64,000 nucleotides of DNA from Botryllus schlosseri (taxonomy: Eukaryota), in contig CM119372.1 of assembly GCA_051294905.1 (NCBI GenBank), positions 20,152,001 through 20,216,000 on the forward strand. The letters are read 5' to 3'. Positions 39,801 through 50,800 of this stretch are shown here, piece after piece. The position numbers and the translations under genes were made by a program. The notes under the pieces are model-generated. The model was not told the DNA's origin. It worked only from the letters and a program-made list of their open reading frames with translations, and searched no databases. Position 1 is the first letter of the stretch. Each line of letters begins with the position of its first letter.

Positions 39801-39974
39801 GGAAAAATTGAATGATACCACCATACAATGAGAGGCTTCTTCAATTTAGAAATATCACTCGAGCATATTGCTAGATATCGTAGAATAAGACAAATCTGCA
39901 ATAATTGAATGAAGCATTATATTCTGATGGTGAATTAGCAAGCATATACTCACACATAATGATCCACGGCGCAT
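33838..39974 (-). CDS. FUT11: GT10 fucosyltransferase, FUT11/FUT10 (POFUT4/3) family
   Basis: About 11 GT-AG exons giving [30 protein letters not shown]|..[12 protein letters not shown]..|[26 protein letters not shown]|..[57 protein letters not shown]|..[10 protein letters not shown]|..NARDEL*. IFPH and NGFECF favour FUT11 over FUT10. Confidence 0.88.
35046..35307 (-). mobile_element. tRNA-derived SINE in a FUT11 intron
   Basis: On the minus strand: A box TAGTGTAATGG, B box GGTTCGATCCC, central AAAACTGGTATCC..CTAGGCGCTCAGCA, and a (TC)n tail. Confidence 0.8.
36819..38039. mobile_element. MITE with AAGTAG-rich subterminal repeats
   Basis: CAGAGTGGTCAAAGTA / TACTGATCACCTCTG termini; related fragments near 6110-6657, 35309-35460, 40798, 48329 and 56780. 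Confidence 0.65.
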
Positions 39975-40231
39975 TGCACGAATTTCAATCACAGGGTCGG
40001 CAAATCAGATACCGTAGTAACAATTCATCAAGAAAATAATGACATCACCATATAAACAGCCGTATTTCCTAATATACTGTAGATCTATAACAAGAATAGA
40101 AATATATTTTTCAAACTAGCAACAATTACATGAAAAACATTGTAGACGTAGACGTAGGCGGGTAGGCCTACTCGGATTATTCGAGAAATAAATAAATCCA
40201 AGTTTCAGCTGCATGAGGCACAAAGCAATGA

Positions 40232-40537
40232 CTATGTTAACATATTAATTAATTTTCCGGTTTCTTGCAGTTTCTTCACGTCATCACCGCCCCCAACAAA
40301 TTTCTGCTTTATGAAAACGTGTGGGACTGTTGATTGACCCGTCAATATTTTCAGTTCGCCTTGAATTTCATCGCCGTCTGGTCGAAGGTCCAATTCGACG
40401 ACGTGCTTATCCGATGCTCCAGCCTCTGTTAATACATCCTTCGCGAGCTTGCAGAAAGGGCAGTAGGATTTCGAAAATACGGCCACTCTATGATTTTGAA
40501 CAATGCTGCGAACCAACTTTGCAGCTGCAGAAGCCAT
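40232..40537 (-). CDS. GLRX: Dithiol glutaredoxin (101 aa, single exon)
   Basis: VFSKSYCPFC active site, TVPHVFI and FVGGGDD glutaredoxin motifs. Confidence 0.95.
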   Translation of the reverse strand: MASAAAKLVRSIVQNHRVAVFSKSYCPFCKLAKDVLTEAGASDKHVVELDLRPDGDEIQGELKILTGQSTVPHVFIKQKFVGGGDDVKKLQETGKLINMLT

Positions 40538-41015
40538 TGCAGCACGAAATTCATTGATTCTGCAATATTGGCAGTCACCAAATCAAATCAACTGCATCGA
40601 AACTCGCGCTCCCTCTACTGACGAATTAGAAAATCCACCCGCAGTCCGGGTCCGCGGGTTGGCTGCAGCGGATTACGGCCTATTGCGATCAATGAGGAGC
40701 ATTACATTTTCTTATATAATACTATATTTAATACACGCGGTGATTATGGAGATTTAACGTCCACAAACCCGCCTACAGTGCCTCCCATACAGAACGGCTG
40801 AGATGGTCAAAGTAGACATCGTTTATTGTTACTGAAGTAGAAGTAATATTACATTTTACTTAAGTACAAGTAAAACGATTTCCAAGTAGGTAGAGTCTGT
40901 TTTAAGGACGGAAAACTGTTAAGTAGAAGCATTTCATTACTGACCACATCTGCTTTTCAGTAGCATATTCATTATTCATAGCAATTCCGTGCGGACTCCT
41001 TTTCAGCTCGCATCT

Positions 41016-41581
41016 GCAGAGCGAGATAGCGTAATGGTGATGCGTTCGGCCCCTTAATCGGTAAGGCATGGGCTCGATCCGGGTCAGACCAAAGACTTGA
41101 AAAACTGGTATCCATGACAATCTCGCTAGGCGCTCAGCATATATCCACGGGTGGCATGAAGGAGAAAAATGGTGGTGCAAACTAGATGACCTCTTACTTA
41201 ACGTAGGGTTACCATATTTGGAGATCCTAAAAAGAGGACACTTTTCATTAATTATGAAAGCTCAAAGAAAACTGGTGATTTTGAAACTTTTCGACACCGA
41301 TAGTGGACTAGTGATGTGTTGACTAAAAAAGGTTATCACTTTTCCTCGACTTACCCGATGTTTTACGAAACTCTGGCGTTCGCTGCGTCGGAGTCGCATT
41401 GCCTATTTCATGACATTTTAATCCTTTTCCAAGAACAAAAGGATAAATTCCCAAAAAAGAGGATATTTAGACGCCCTCCGAGGACACTTTCAATTTATTG
41501 AAAAAAGAGGACAGACGTATGGTAACCCTACTTAAAGGTCGTATAGCATCTCCATCGTAAAAGCATCTCGATGGTGCAGGG
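41016..41581 (+). mobile_element. Second SINE copy, interrupted by a MITE
   Basis: GAGCGAGATAGCGTAATGG..GGCTCGATCC..CTAGGCGCTCAGCA..ACTAGATGACC | GCATCTCC..AGCATCTCGATGGTGCAGG matches the reverse complement of 35070-35307. Confidence 0.8.
41204..41530. mobile_element. TAGG-terminated hAT MITE (related to 29435-29851)
   Basis: TIR TAGGGTTACCATA / TATGGTAACCCTA; GAGGAC repeats; splits the SINE. Confidence 0.85.
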
Positions 41582-43459
41582 TCATCATGCTCAGCTCATT
41601 CGTGATCGCGTTCGTAATCGCACTCGTGATTTTGCTCAACCGAACAGAATATTTATCGAATATTTAACGACAAGTTCTGGGAATTAATATTGAAGTGCAA
41701 GCAGAATTCCAGACATTGAGCTCAGAATTTGCGGAATGATGATTTATTTATGACTTGATTAATTATGATCGAGCTGGAAACGAATCAAAGACTTTTTGAA
41801 ACCTAAATGTTCCTTATACCAGACTGATTATGACATATGGCAATTACCCCTCGCTATCGGCAATTCCATAATTGTTTTCATCGTCACGGCTATCTAGCAG
41901 CTATTGAAACAGTAATAGGGCGCTTTCTAATCGCCAGTGCTTGTCTTCAAACCCGTTTAAAACTTTATAAATAAGTTCTCTAATAGAGCGTTTTGTGGCA
42001 ACGACTTATTCCGTGTTATTTGTTGGCATGTAAATGAAGTTCGGATATATCGAAAGCATTGAATCGCAAAATGAGCTCAGTACGTTATTCACAGTTGGCT
42101 GGGCTACTTTCAAGAAATCTTTGCTGCAATTCTGAAAGCTTCCTGAACCGAGCGTTTCAAGAGATACCAATACTTTGGGCTGTAATGTTATAGGTCTGCC
42201 GGACGATTACCTAATGGCTCTATGCTATTCTTTACTGCTGGTATGAACACAAATATTCGATTTCATATTTGCTCATTTTAAATTCTGTAACGCCTTTTTA
42301 TAATCGTTCCATTCGCTCAAGTCAAAATATTTCATCGTGTTCGTGATAAGATCTCACAGAATACCGATCGTGTTCGATCATTTCCCGAATATTTGTATTC
42401 TTACGAAGAGCATGTAATAACCCCCTTGCAGCACGAGACCCAGACAAACAAGCGACACTTCCCAGTGTTGTACCATAGTGTCCTACATGGTGTCGACACA
42501 GGCAAATCTCACGCCTCAGTGAAGTTGTATCGCGTCACAATTTCCATTTGGCTACAGGCAGTGGTGGCTCTATACGAACGGGGGGGCCCCGGACGAGACT
42601 TACCGGGGCCCCCCTATAAGTATCTAACCGTAATTTCTGGGGGTTCCGCCCCCCAGACCCCCCTTTCGCATCTCTTATAATTATGAATCTTTCACCACGT
42701 TAAGGTTTGGCCAGATGCTGGATTCGGCCATATCTAATAGGGTGGAGTGAAAATGACTTTTTTTTTTCAAATCAAAAAAGGCCTTCCTCAATCCTGACAA
42801 ATGACCTAAAACTTCAATTAAAAGTGACTTCAGGGTGTTGCCCCCATTTTCCAGCCGGCAACCCCCCAATTTCTGCGCGTGGGGGGGTAAAATGGCCCAT
42901 CTCGGCAACCGCTGGTCGTAGAGTCATGATATATAGCTCAAAATCTGCGGAAGCATCATGTTTCTATCTGTCTTCTGAAGAAAGTTTTCTCTATTGTGAA
43001 CACAAAAAGAGTTATAGCCAAAAAACTATATATACGCACATTTTTGTTGAAATTCAGCATTTATTCTGACGAATTGTGATCTGTCATTAGTTTTTTTTTA
43101 AAGTAAAGTAACACAGTGGCAATGCCGAATATTGGGCCCATATTACAAATATATTCACAACACAGTCCTTTTAAAAATCGGTTCAAAACATCATAATGAA
43201 AGACTCACATTTAACGACTTTTATTAAAAATGCATTCTTTTGTAAAGTTTTTTCATCAGTTTACGAGACTTAATTTTTCGGCGAATGAGGCCATCTCGTC
43301 TTTGAAATCCCGAAACTAGTGCTGATGCTTCTGTTACGAGCTTTACATGTCGTTCCACTGTTTGATTGTGGCATGGATGAAACAAAATCAGAGGCTTCTC
43401 GCGGCATTCTTCTAACTCTGTATTAGTTAAGTGCTCAATCGTTGGAGGAAGTTGTTGAT

Positions 43460-45030
43460 CAGAGTTGGATCAATTACATTATTTCAGTTCAATTACGATT
43501 ACAATTACAATTACTTTCATGAATGTTTCAATTACATTACAATTACAATTACTCCATGCTAAAAATATCAAATTACAATTACAATTACAATTACTCCTTG
43601 CATGCTTCAATTACATTACAATTATAATTACAATTGCTGCTGTTGAACATGTAATTGAATAATCATAAATTCAACCGTGCTCCTTGACAACCGTACGTAG
43701 CGTCGTATTTAACAACAATTCAAGTCTAGTTCAGATTGTGTAGTAATAAATGCGTTTATGTGCGTACATAGTATGCTATGTGAGATGTCATTGTGACCTA
43801 ATATAAGCGTGTTTTGTATGCTCGGTAATTATGGCTCACGTAATCGGAAATGTAAAATGTTATTATTTACCTATAATTTCCTATGGGTTAGGATTAAGGA
43901 TAGGGTGCAGTATGTCGTTGAAAAAGTATTATAATATATGCACGTTTTGGATTTGCGTATATACCATATAATTAAAGAAATAATATTATTTTTATCGAGG
44001 GACGTAGGAATTGGGATGAGGAGTGAAAACAAAACCGTGCTTTGTCAGATAAGACGTTATATAATATCCAGCGGTCTGGTTAGTTAGCCAGACGAAATAA
44101 CGATGCAGCATCGTAATCTGAAATCGTATTGTAGATTGCCAACCAACGGATAGATGCGCAAGATGTGAGACGGATGAATGCACCGACAAACGTACTGCAG
44201 AGCCAGCTAAAAGCAGCAAACTTTGTAGTCCTAGAGCTGGCGATCCATGCGTCCAAATTTGATGCATCTGGTCTTTATCGTAAGCTATTGATGTACTAAT
44301 TCCGAAAATACAAAATAAAATCTCGTCAGGGCAATGTAACTGCTCCAAAATAGCCGTTTAAAGCCGACTCTACTGAAAAGTGAGAGCGCTGCAGCAGCAT
44401 GACCACAACAATTACCAATTACACCCAGCGATTGTTCAGAACAATGCCGATTCCCAGACTTTCACGACTATTTTGGGATGGTACCATTGCCTGGAAATAT
44501 ACTTTTATTGCGGAATCAGTGCGACGCTAGCTTTCGATTAGGACCATACATATCAAATTTCGACGCTTGGATCGCCAGCTATGGCAATATCAATTCTGCT
44601 GCTTTTAGCCGGCTCAGCAGATCGCTTCTCGGCGTATTCAAACGTGAGTCACGTGTTGCGAATCCATCCGTTGGTTAGTAATCTAAAATTTGTATACAAT
44701 GGCAGCCGAGGCCAGCATAGCGGTAAAAATAAAAAAAACTTCGCCCGCAAGGGTGCAGTCAAGGGCTTCCGCGAATGGATCCACCAAATGCCTTGTCGAC
44801 ATTTAAAGAGAATGCATTATAAGTCAATTATTTTATGTTGTGCTTGTCAGGTCTCAATAGCAATTTAATGTAATTGAAATTGTAATTGAGCAAAATTTTC
44901 GTCAAATTACAATTACAATTACAATTACACAAAATAAAAATGCTTCAATTACAATTACATTACAATTACATTGAAAAATGTAATTAAATACATTCAATTA
45001 CAATTACAAATTACAATTGATCCAACTCTG
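43460..45030. mobile_element. Inner hAT element with (AATTAC)n subterminal arrays
   Basis: TIR CAGAGTTGGATCAATT / AATTGATCCAACTCTG; perfect TSD TTGTTGAT. Confidence 0.92.
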
Positions 45031-45155
45031 TTGTTGATAAGGTTCAATATCAACCAATTTGTGGTATGCGTTGGCTTTGGGACACAGAATAAACGAATAG
45101 GACCCCAGTTCAATTGGTTGGAACTGCTATGACTTTCAATGTCCACAAGTGAATT

Positions 45156-45640
45156 TTATTCAGCGGCATGTTTTCGAAACGCAAGCACCTTGGTCACACC
45201 CTTATTTCGTATGTCTTCATTATCATCTACCAGCATTGCAATCATAATATTTTCGGGGTGTGCGGAATAACCGTTTCTTATCACCACATTCGGAGCAATT
45301 TTTCGAACGTTTCGGTCAGAGAAATTCAAAACCTGTTTAATCAAGTTGAAGATGTTTCTGGGTCCATGTGTTATATGTTTGTTTCCCTTGATCTCAAACC
45401 AAGTTGGAAAATATACTTCAAGGCAAAAACGAACCAGAATCTCCAGGTTTAAAGGTTGTTCATTAACTGTTACATAATACCGTAAAACTCTGCACTGCAT
45501 CCTAAAGTTAGCCATCTTGAATGCGCAACCGGTGGTCCAACCTCCAAGTAAGCCAGATCATCATCAGCATTTCCTTGAATAATTGCCCAGCACATTTATA
45601 AGCATATAACTGGTCCTTACTTAAGTCACTAACAATTTCC
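45156..45640 (-). pseudogene. Degenerate DNA-transposase C-terminal region
   Basis: RVLRYYV..VYFPTWFEIK..GPRNIF..RNGYSAHPENIMIAMLVDD, continuing after stops and frameshifts in the arms as CHNQ.VERHVKLVTEAS..RRDGLIRRKIKSR. Confidence 0.75.
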
Positions 45641-47815
45641 TATGGGAGCTTTTGAAAGGCCATAAGTGGTGGCGAGAGCTTTTTGAATTGAGTAACTGGC
45701 CAACAAGATACACTTCCACGTAGTTTTTTTCAATTGGGTGTGACCAAGGTGCTGGCGATTCGAAAACATGCCGCTAAATAAAATTCACTCCTGGACATTG
45801 AGAGTCATAGCGGTTCAAACCAATTGAACTGCGGTCCTGTTCGTTTATTCTGCGTCTCAAAGTTGAACTTGGAAGCAAAGGTATACCACGAGTTGGTTGA
45901 TATTGAACCTTATATCAACAACTTTCTCCAGCGATTGAGCACTGAACTGATGCAGAGTTAGAAGAATGCCGCGAGAAGCCTCTGATTTTGTTTCATCCAT
46001 GCCGCAATCAAACAGTGCATGGAACATCATGTAAAGCTCGTAACAGAAGCATCAGGGCACGTTTCGGGATTTCAAAGACGCGATGGCCTCATTCGCCGAA
46101 AAATTAAGTCTCGTAAACTGATGAAAAAACTTTACAAAAGAATGCATTTTTAATATAAGACGTTCAATGTGAATGTTTCATTATGATGTTTTGAACCGAT
46201 TTTAAAAGGACTGTGTTGTGAATATATTTGTAATATGGGCCCAATATTCGGTATTGCCAGTGTGTTACTTTACTTTGAAAAAAACTAATGGCAGATCACA
46301 ATTCGTCAGAATAAATGCTGAATTTCAACAAAAATGTGCGTATATATAGTTTTTTGGCTATAACTCATTTTGCGTTCACAATAGAGAAAACTTTCCTCAG
46401 AAGACAGATAGAAACATGATGCTTCCGCAGATTTTGAGCTATATATCATGACTCTACGACCAGCGGTTGCCGAGATGGGCCATTTTACCCCCCCACGCGC
46501 AGAAATTGGGGGGTTGCCGGCTGGAAAATGGGGGCAACACCCTGAAGTCACTTTTAATTGAAGCTTTAGGTCATTTGTCAGGATTGAGGAATGCCTTTTT
46601 TGATTTGAAAAAAAAAAGTCATTTTCACTCCACCCTAATATCTAATATTGCATGAGTGCAAGAACAGACTCACTACATCAAAACTAAATGTTTCTACCGC
46701 ATGCAAAGGCGTGATGATTATAGGGATACGTAACCTTTCTTACGAATGCAGAGATTTGATGATGATTGACACATATCTGTACGGAATCATATTCTTGCTT
46801 GGTACAGGGATTTCGATATTTATTCGCTATTATCCTTGAAAAAAGCGTATAAACCAAAGAGGGGGGGGGGGGCGGGCGACCGCCCAGCCCAAAAGCCACC
46901 ACTGGCTACAGGCAATTTGACGGTCATTTTGGACCGGCTTGCCGAGCATTAAATATGGTAAAACGGGTATCAATCGAAAGCTGACTCTGCACTGATTACG
47001 AAAATATAAATTTTATTCCGCTCGTGGCCCTGGAACTTCCACAATCAGCCTCGAATTTTTCATTGTTATGGAGATTGGCATTGGGACGCAACAATGCTGT
47101 CTGGCTCTTTTTCTCTTGAGCTACTCTCTCGTTTCGCCAGACAGCATTGTCTGCGTAGGGTTGTCAACCCGTATATAAGTCCACGATTCTTCAACAATAG
47201 TGTCACGAATACACGAACTATAAAAAAGTTTACAAACCCTCCTACTGACATAAGCTACTTTCATTCCACAGCCACGCTAGTCGCGAAGACTGTATGGTCG
47301 GATAGAGACCATACTTGGTCGTTTCGACATCTATCCTCCCATATGTTCGCTATCTGTATCCCATTGTTTGGCCGCATGAAAAAACTAGAACCGTTACTGG
47401 TTATGACTTCATACACCACCTGCCAGCAGCGAACACAAATTTCCCGTAGCCGACTTCAATAAAGCTAACTTGACCTTCAACACGACACATATTCCACACC
47501 CCTTGCGTTGTCTGGAGAGATATTTAGAAAGTGAGCATCAGAAAGTGTTTTAATTCAAATGGAACAAAAACGACACATGAAGGAGAAGAGAAAGAAGACG
47601 TCCCACTTCCACAAAATCGGAATAAACATTCGAATATATCGCCGGTCGTTTCTAAAACCCGGCTCGCACAGCCGCCCGTACCCATCGCGCAAAAGGCTAC
47701 CCTCTGTACAAGCACGCGGCCGGTTTGAATCCAAAAAATCTTGACGATAAAAATCCGGGTTCCCGAAGAGCCCGGGGATAACAAAAGAAAAGCAAAATCG
47801 AAAACATTCTGGACA

Positions 47816-50800
47816 TCATCGCCTATCTCTGTAACGAGGCGCCGGCCATTCCGGATCGGCAAAATCATCCACGAGATGACCGGCGTCATCAGAGGAGATG
47901 ACGGAATCGTCAGACGAGTCGTCCATATCCGAGTCCGAAGACGTGTCGTCGGTCTCCGACAGTCGCACGTGAATGTACTTGTGTTTTGATAGTCGGGAAG
48001 CCGCTCGCCTTTTAGTAGCGCCCTTTGCGTCAACAGCGCCGTGGCGTTGCCCTGAGGGTGCGGGCGCTCCGTGAAGTGCTCTCTTCTTCCTGCAAACATT
48101 AACGCGACAGTCATTGAGGTGGCCAAAACAGTCATTCGCGCATTCAGTGAATTCGACATTAGAAACGCAATATGCTATTGTGAAAGCGGTACGTCGATAT
48201 TGCATTAATAAGTAAATTGATGTTTCGCTGATATGAGCCACTTATTAATGTAATCGGTTAGGGCAGGCGCAGGATAGGATTAGCGGCCGCATGGTAACAA
48301 TTATACACCAAAGATCGCCAGTCATATTCAGAGGCGGTGAAAGTAGTCCTTTGTGTTACTCGAGCAGTTGAAGTAACATCACAAATTTCTACTCGATTAA
48401 AAAGAGAGTAATGATGAGTGATTTATCCAGTCGAGATCAAAGGGGGGTGGGGGTTCACCTAAAGTAGCATAGGACGTCACAGAGACTTCGTGGTGCGCGT
48501 TACTACTATTTCAAGATTTGTTTTTTTCACTATACATTGTCACATCGGCGATGTAATCAACTATCGCATAGAAGAGGGCAACCGCGGTCGCCATTAACGA
48601 ATTAATGGTTTTGCAAATCGTACACGCGCGAAGATTGTAAGTACGCAGGTACTAAATCACTTCAGCGGCAGAAAATTATAAGCTGATATCATTAGGTTAA
48701 CTTTATTACTAGACCTGTATTCTTTAATTCAGTGGCGACATAAAGTTTTGCAGAAAGCCTGCATTATAACGACAATCGGTAACGTGGGTGGCAAGGTTAA
48801 TAATTTGAAATGTGAAAGTCGCTTGACGGCAGTCCAATTCATGACTCGCCTCTGATGATTATGAAGACAATGTGGATTTGAGAATAGAATTGTCGTACTG
48901 ACACCATAGCTGAAGAACACAAAATGCACACGAAATTAGCGAAATATTATGACTTTATAGTCCTGTTCCTGTCGACTCATTCTGCGCACAATTAATTGAT
49001 TTTTTTTACCCCTTATTATGCCCCATATTTGCCCTATTACACAAAAACTACTATACTGAGCTGATAAATTTGCAAATATTAGGGCTTGTATCTGACAAAT
49101 TTTTAGAGGGGGTTGCGACCCCGTAAAAAAACTTGGATACGCCACTGGCAGCGAGGAACATGTCCAAGAAATCAGTAGCTTGAAATATATGAGGGCGCTG
49201 CATCACAAACTTGACGATCGTCGTCGTCACCCGTCAGTGTTCAAAATTACAAGACGCGTTTTTGCGATCAACGCAAAATGAGAAACGATTCAGCGCAATT
49301 TCCAAAGTTACATTGCACTGACAAGTAGCACAGGTCCGCTTTGCATAGTTGACATGATGACTTCACTCAAGAAAGTAGCGTGGACCTCTTTATACTTGAC
49401 AAAATCTAAAATGTGGTTTGTTTCGCTTCAAGAACTGTGGAACAGTTCACAGTATGCTGTGCGTGGAGACCGTAGCAGTCTCAGAAGTAATCGGTTAAGT
49501 AGCGGAAGGTGACAAGACCCGCTCTAGTACTTTGAATAAGTAAGTAAAAGCGCTCTGTTGCTGACCATGTTTAGTTATGTTCAAAATACAGCAGAATATA
49601 TAGGGCCAGGGGCAATTCACAGCAACTAGAGAATTAAAAATCCCCGGACATCAGCCAACATATCGCATTCCCGATCACGACGACACAAACACTAAAATTC
49701 GAATGGTCAAAAATCGAATCCCCATACCTTCGTGACGACGATGCCGACGCATTCGAAGCATCGCTGTGCCTGCCAGGGTCATCAAAAGACGCTAACGATG
49801 CACGCGAGTCCGTTCTCCTCCTGCATGCGACTTTGGCGAGATCGCGCTCTGCGCTTCTCGCGAACTCGGAAAGTGCTCTCTCGAAAGCGTGCGGCCGTAG
49901 AGAATAACGCGCCTGCTCTTGGCCCTCCGAATAACCGGGCACCTTTGTTTTTGCAAGCTCCACATCTTCCAGCAAAACCAAGTCGTCTTCAATGAGAGGA
50001 AACGACCGGGTCTGCCACCCTTCGAAGTGAGAATCATATAGTCTGTCGGGTCCGACCGTCGTTGTTCTGGGCACCGCGTTATCGTGTGAACTCCTCCTCG
50101 TGGGAGGTTCGCTCTGCACCATAGTCACGGGGGACGTGCAAACTGCGTTTGAGGTATCGACGGTATCGCGCCGGGTCTGAGAGATTTCGTGCGGGGGTGA
50201 CTCATACTGATGCTCCGACGTACCACGGTCGGTGGAAAGACGCCTCGTAAAGTCTGGAACAAGATCGACGATACACATAAAACGACGCGCCAGATTCAAG
50301 AAAACGGCATCTACCAGAGTAGTAATGACTCGAGTCGAGACGCAATTTTTTGTTGACGGGACTCAACCTGTACTTGGTCAAGTCATGTGCAATTGGACTT
50401 GACTAGTTGCTGACGATTACCCCTGACGAGTGTCAGCCGAAAATATTCGGGTTCATTTCAATATGAATATACTATTCAATTGTAATTTGACTTGAGGAAA
50501 AAATGAATAATTCACTTGAGACTCGGAACCTTGCAACTTGGTTACAACCCTGGCGTCAACTTACTTGCGGCGGGGCTTGTCGGGTGCGGGTCGTCGTGGT
50601 CTGGGGCAGCAGTGGGGGATACGGGCTGCGACGACGGGTCTCGTATGTTGCTCATCCGGGAGCCGCGACTGAACAAATCAAACAAGGTTTAGCAGCGCGT
50701 CCGGCTAGAAGTTGTCAAAGCAGTCATCACTGGCACTGAAGTAGAACGTGAGAAACTTCCTAGGAAGTGAAGAAAGTGTTCTGTGGCCAGTCTTGCCTAA

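Larger units (their letters stand above)
42738..46637. mobile_element. Foldback hAT-superfamily (hATm-like) element with ~0.9-kb inverted arms and a transposase remnant
   Basis: TAGGGTG / CACCCTA ends; perfect TSD ATATCTAA. Arms 42738-43459 plus 45039-45200 mirror 45736-46637. The hATm label rests on recalled terminal sequence. Confidence 0.88.
42559..46904. mobile_element. Outer hAT MITE of the nested stack
   Basis: TIR CAGTGGTGGCT / AGCCACCACTG; perfect TSD GCTACAGG. Confidence 0.9.

Noticed and set aside
47524..48159. 211-aa minus-strand ORF
   Set aside because: Alternative frame over the last KANSL1 exon. Splice phase selects the frame ending at 47816.
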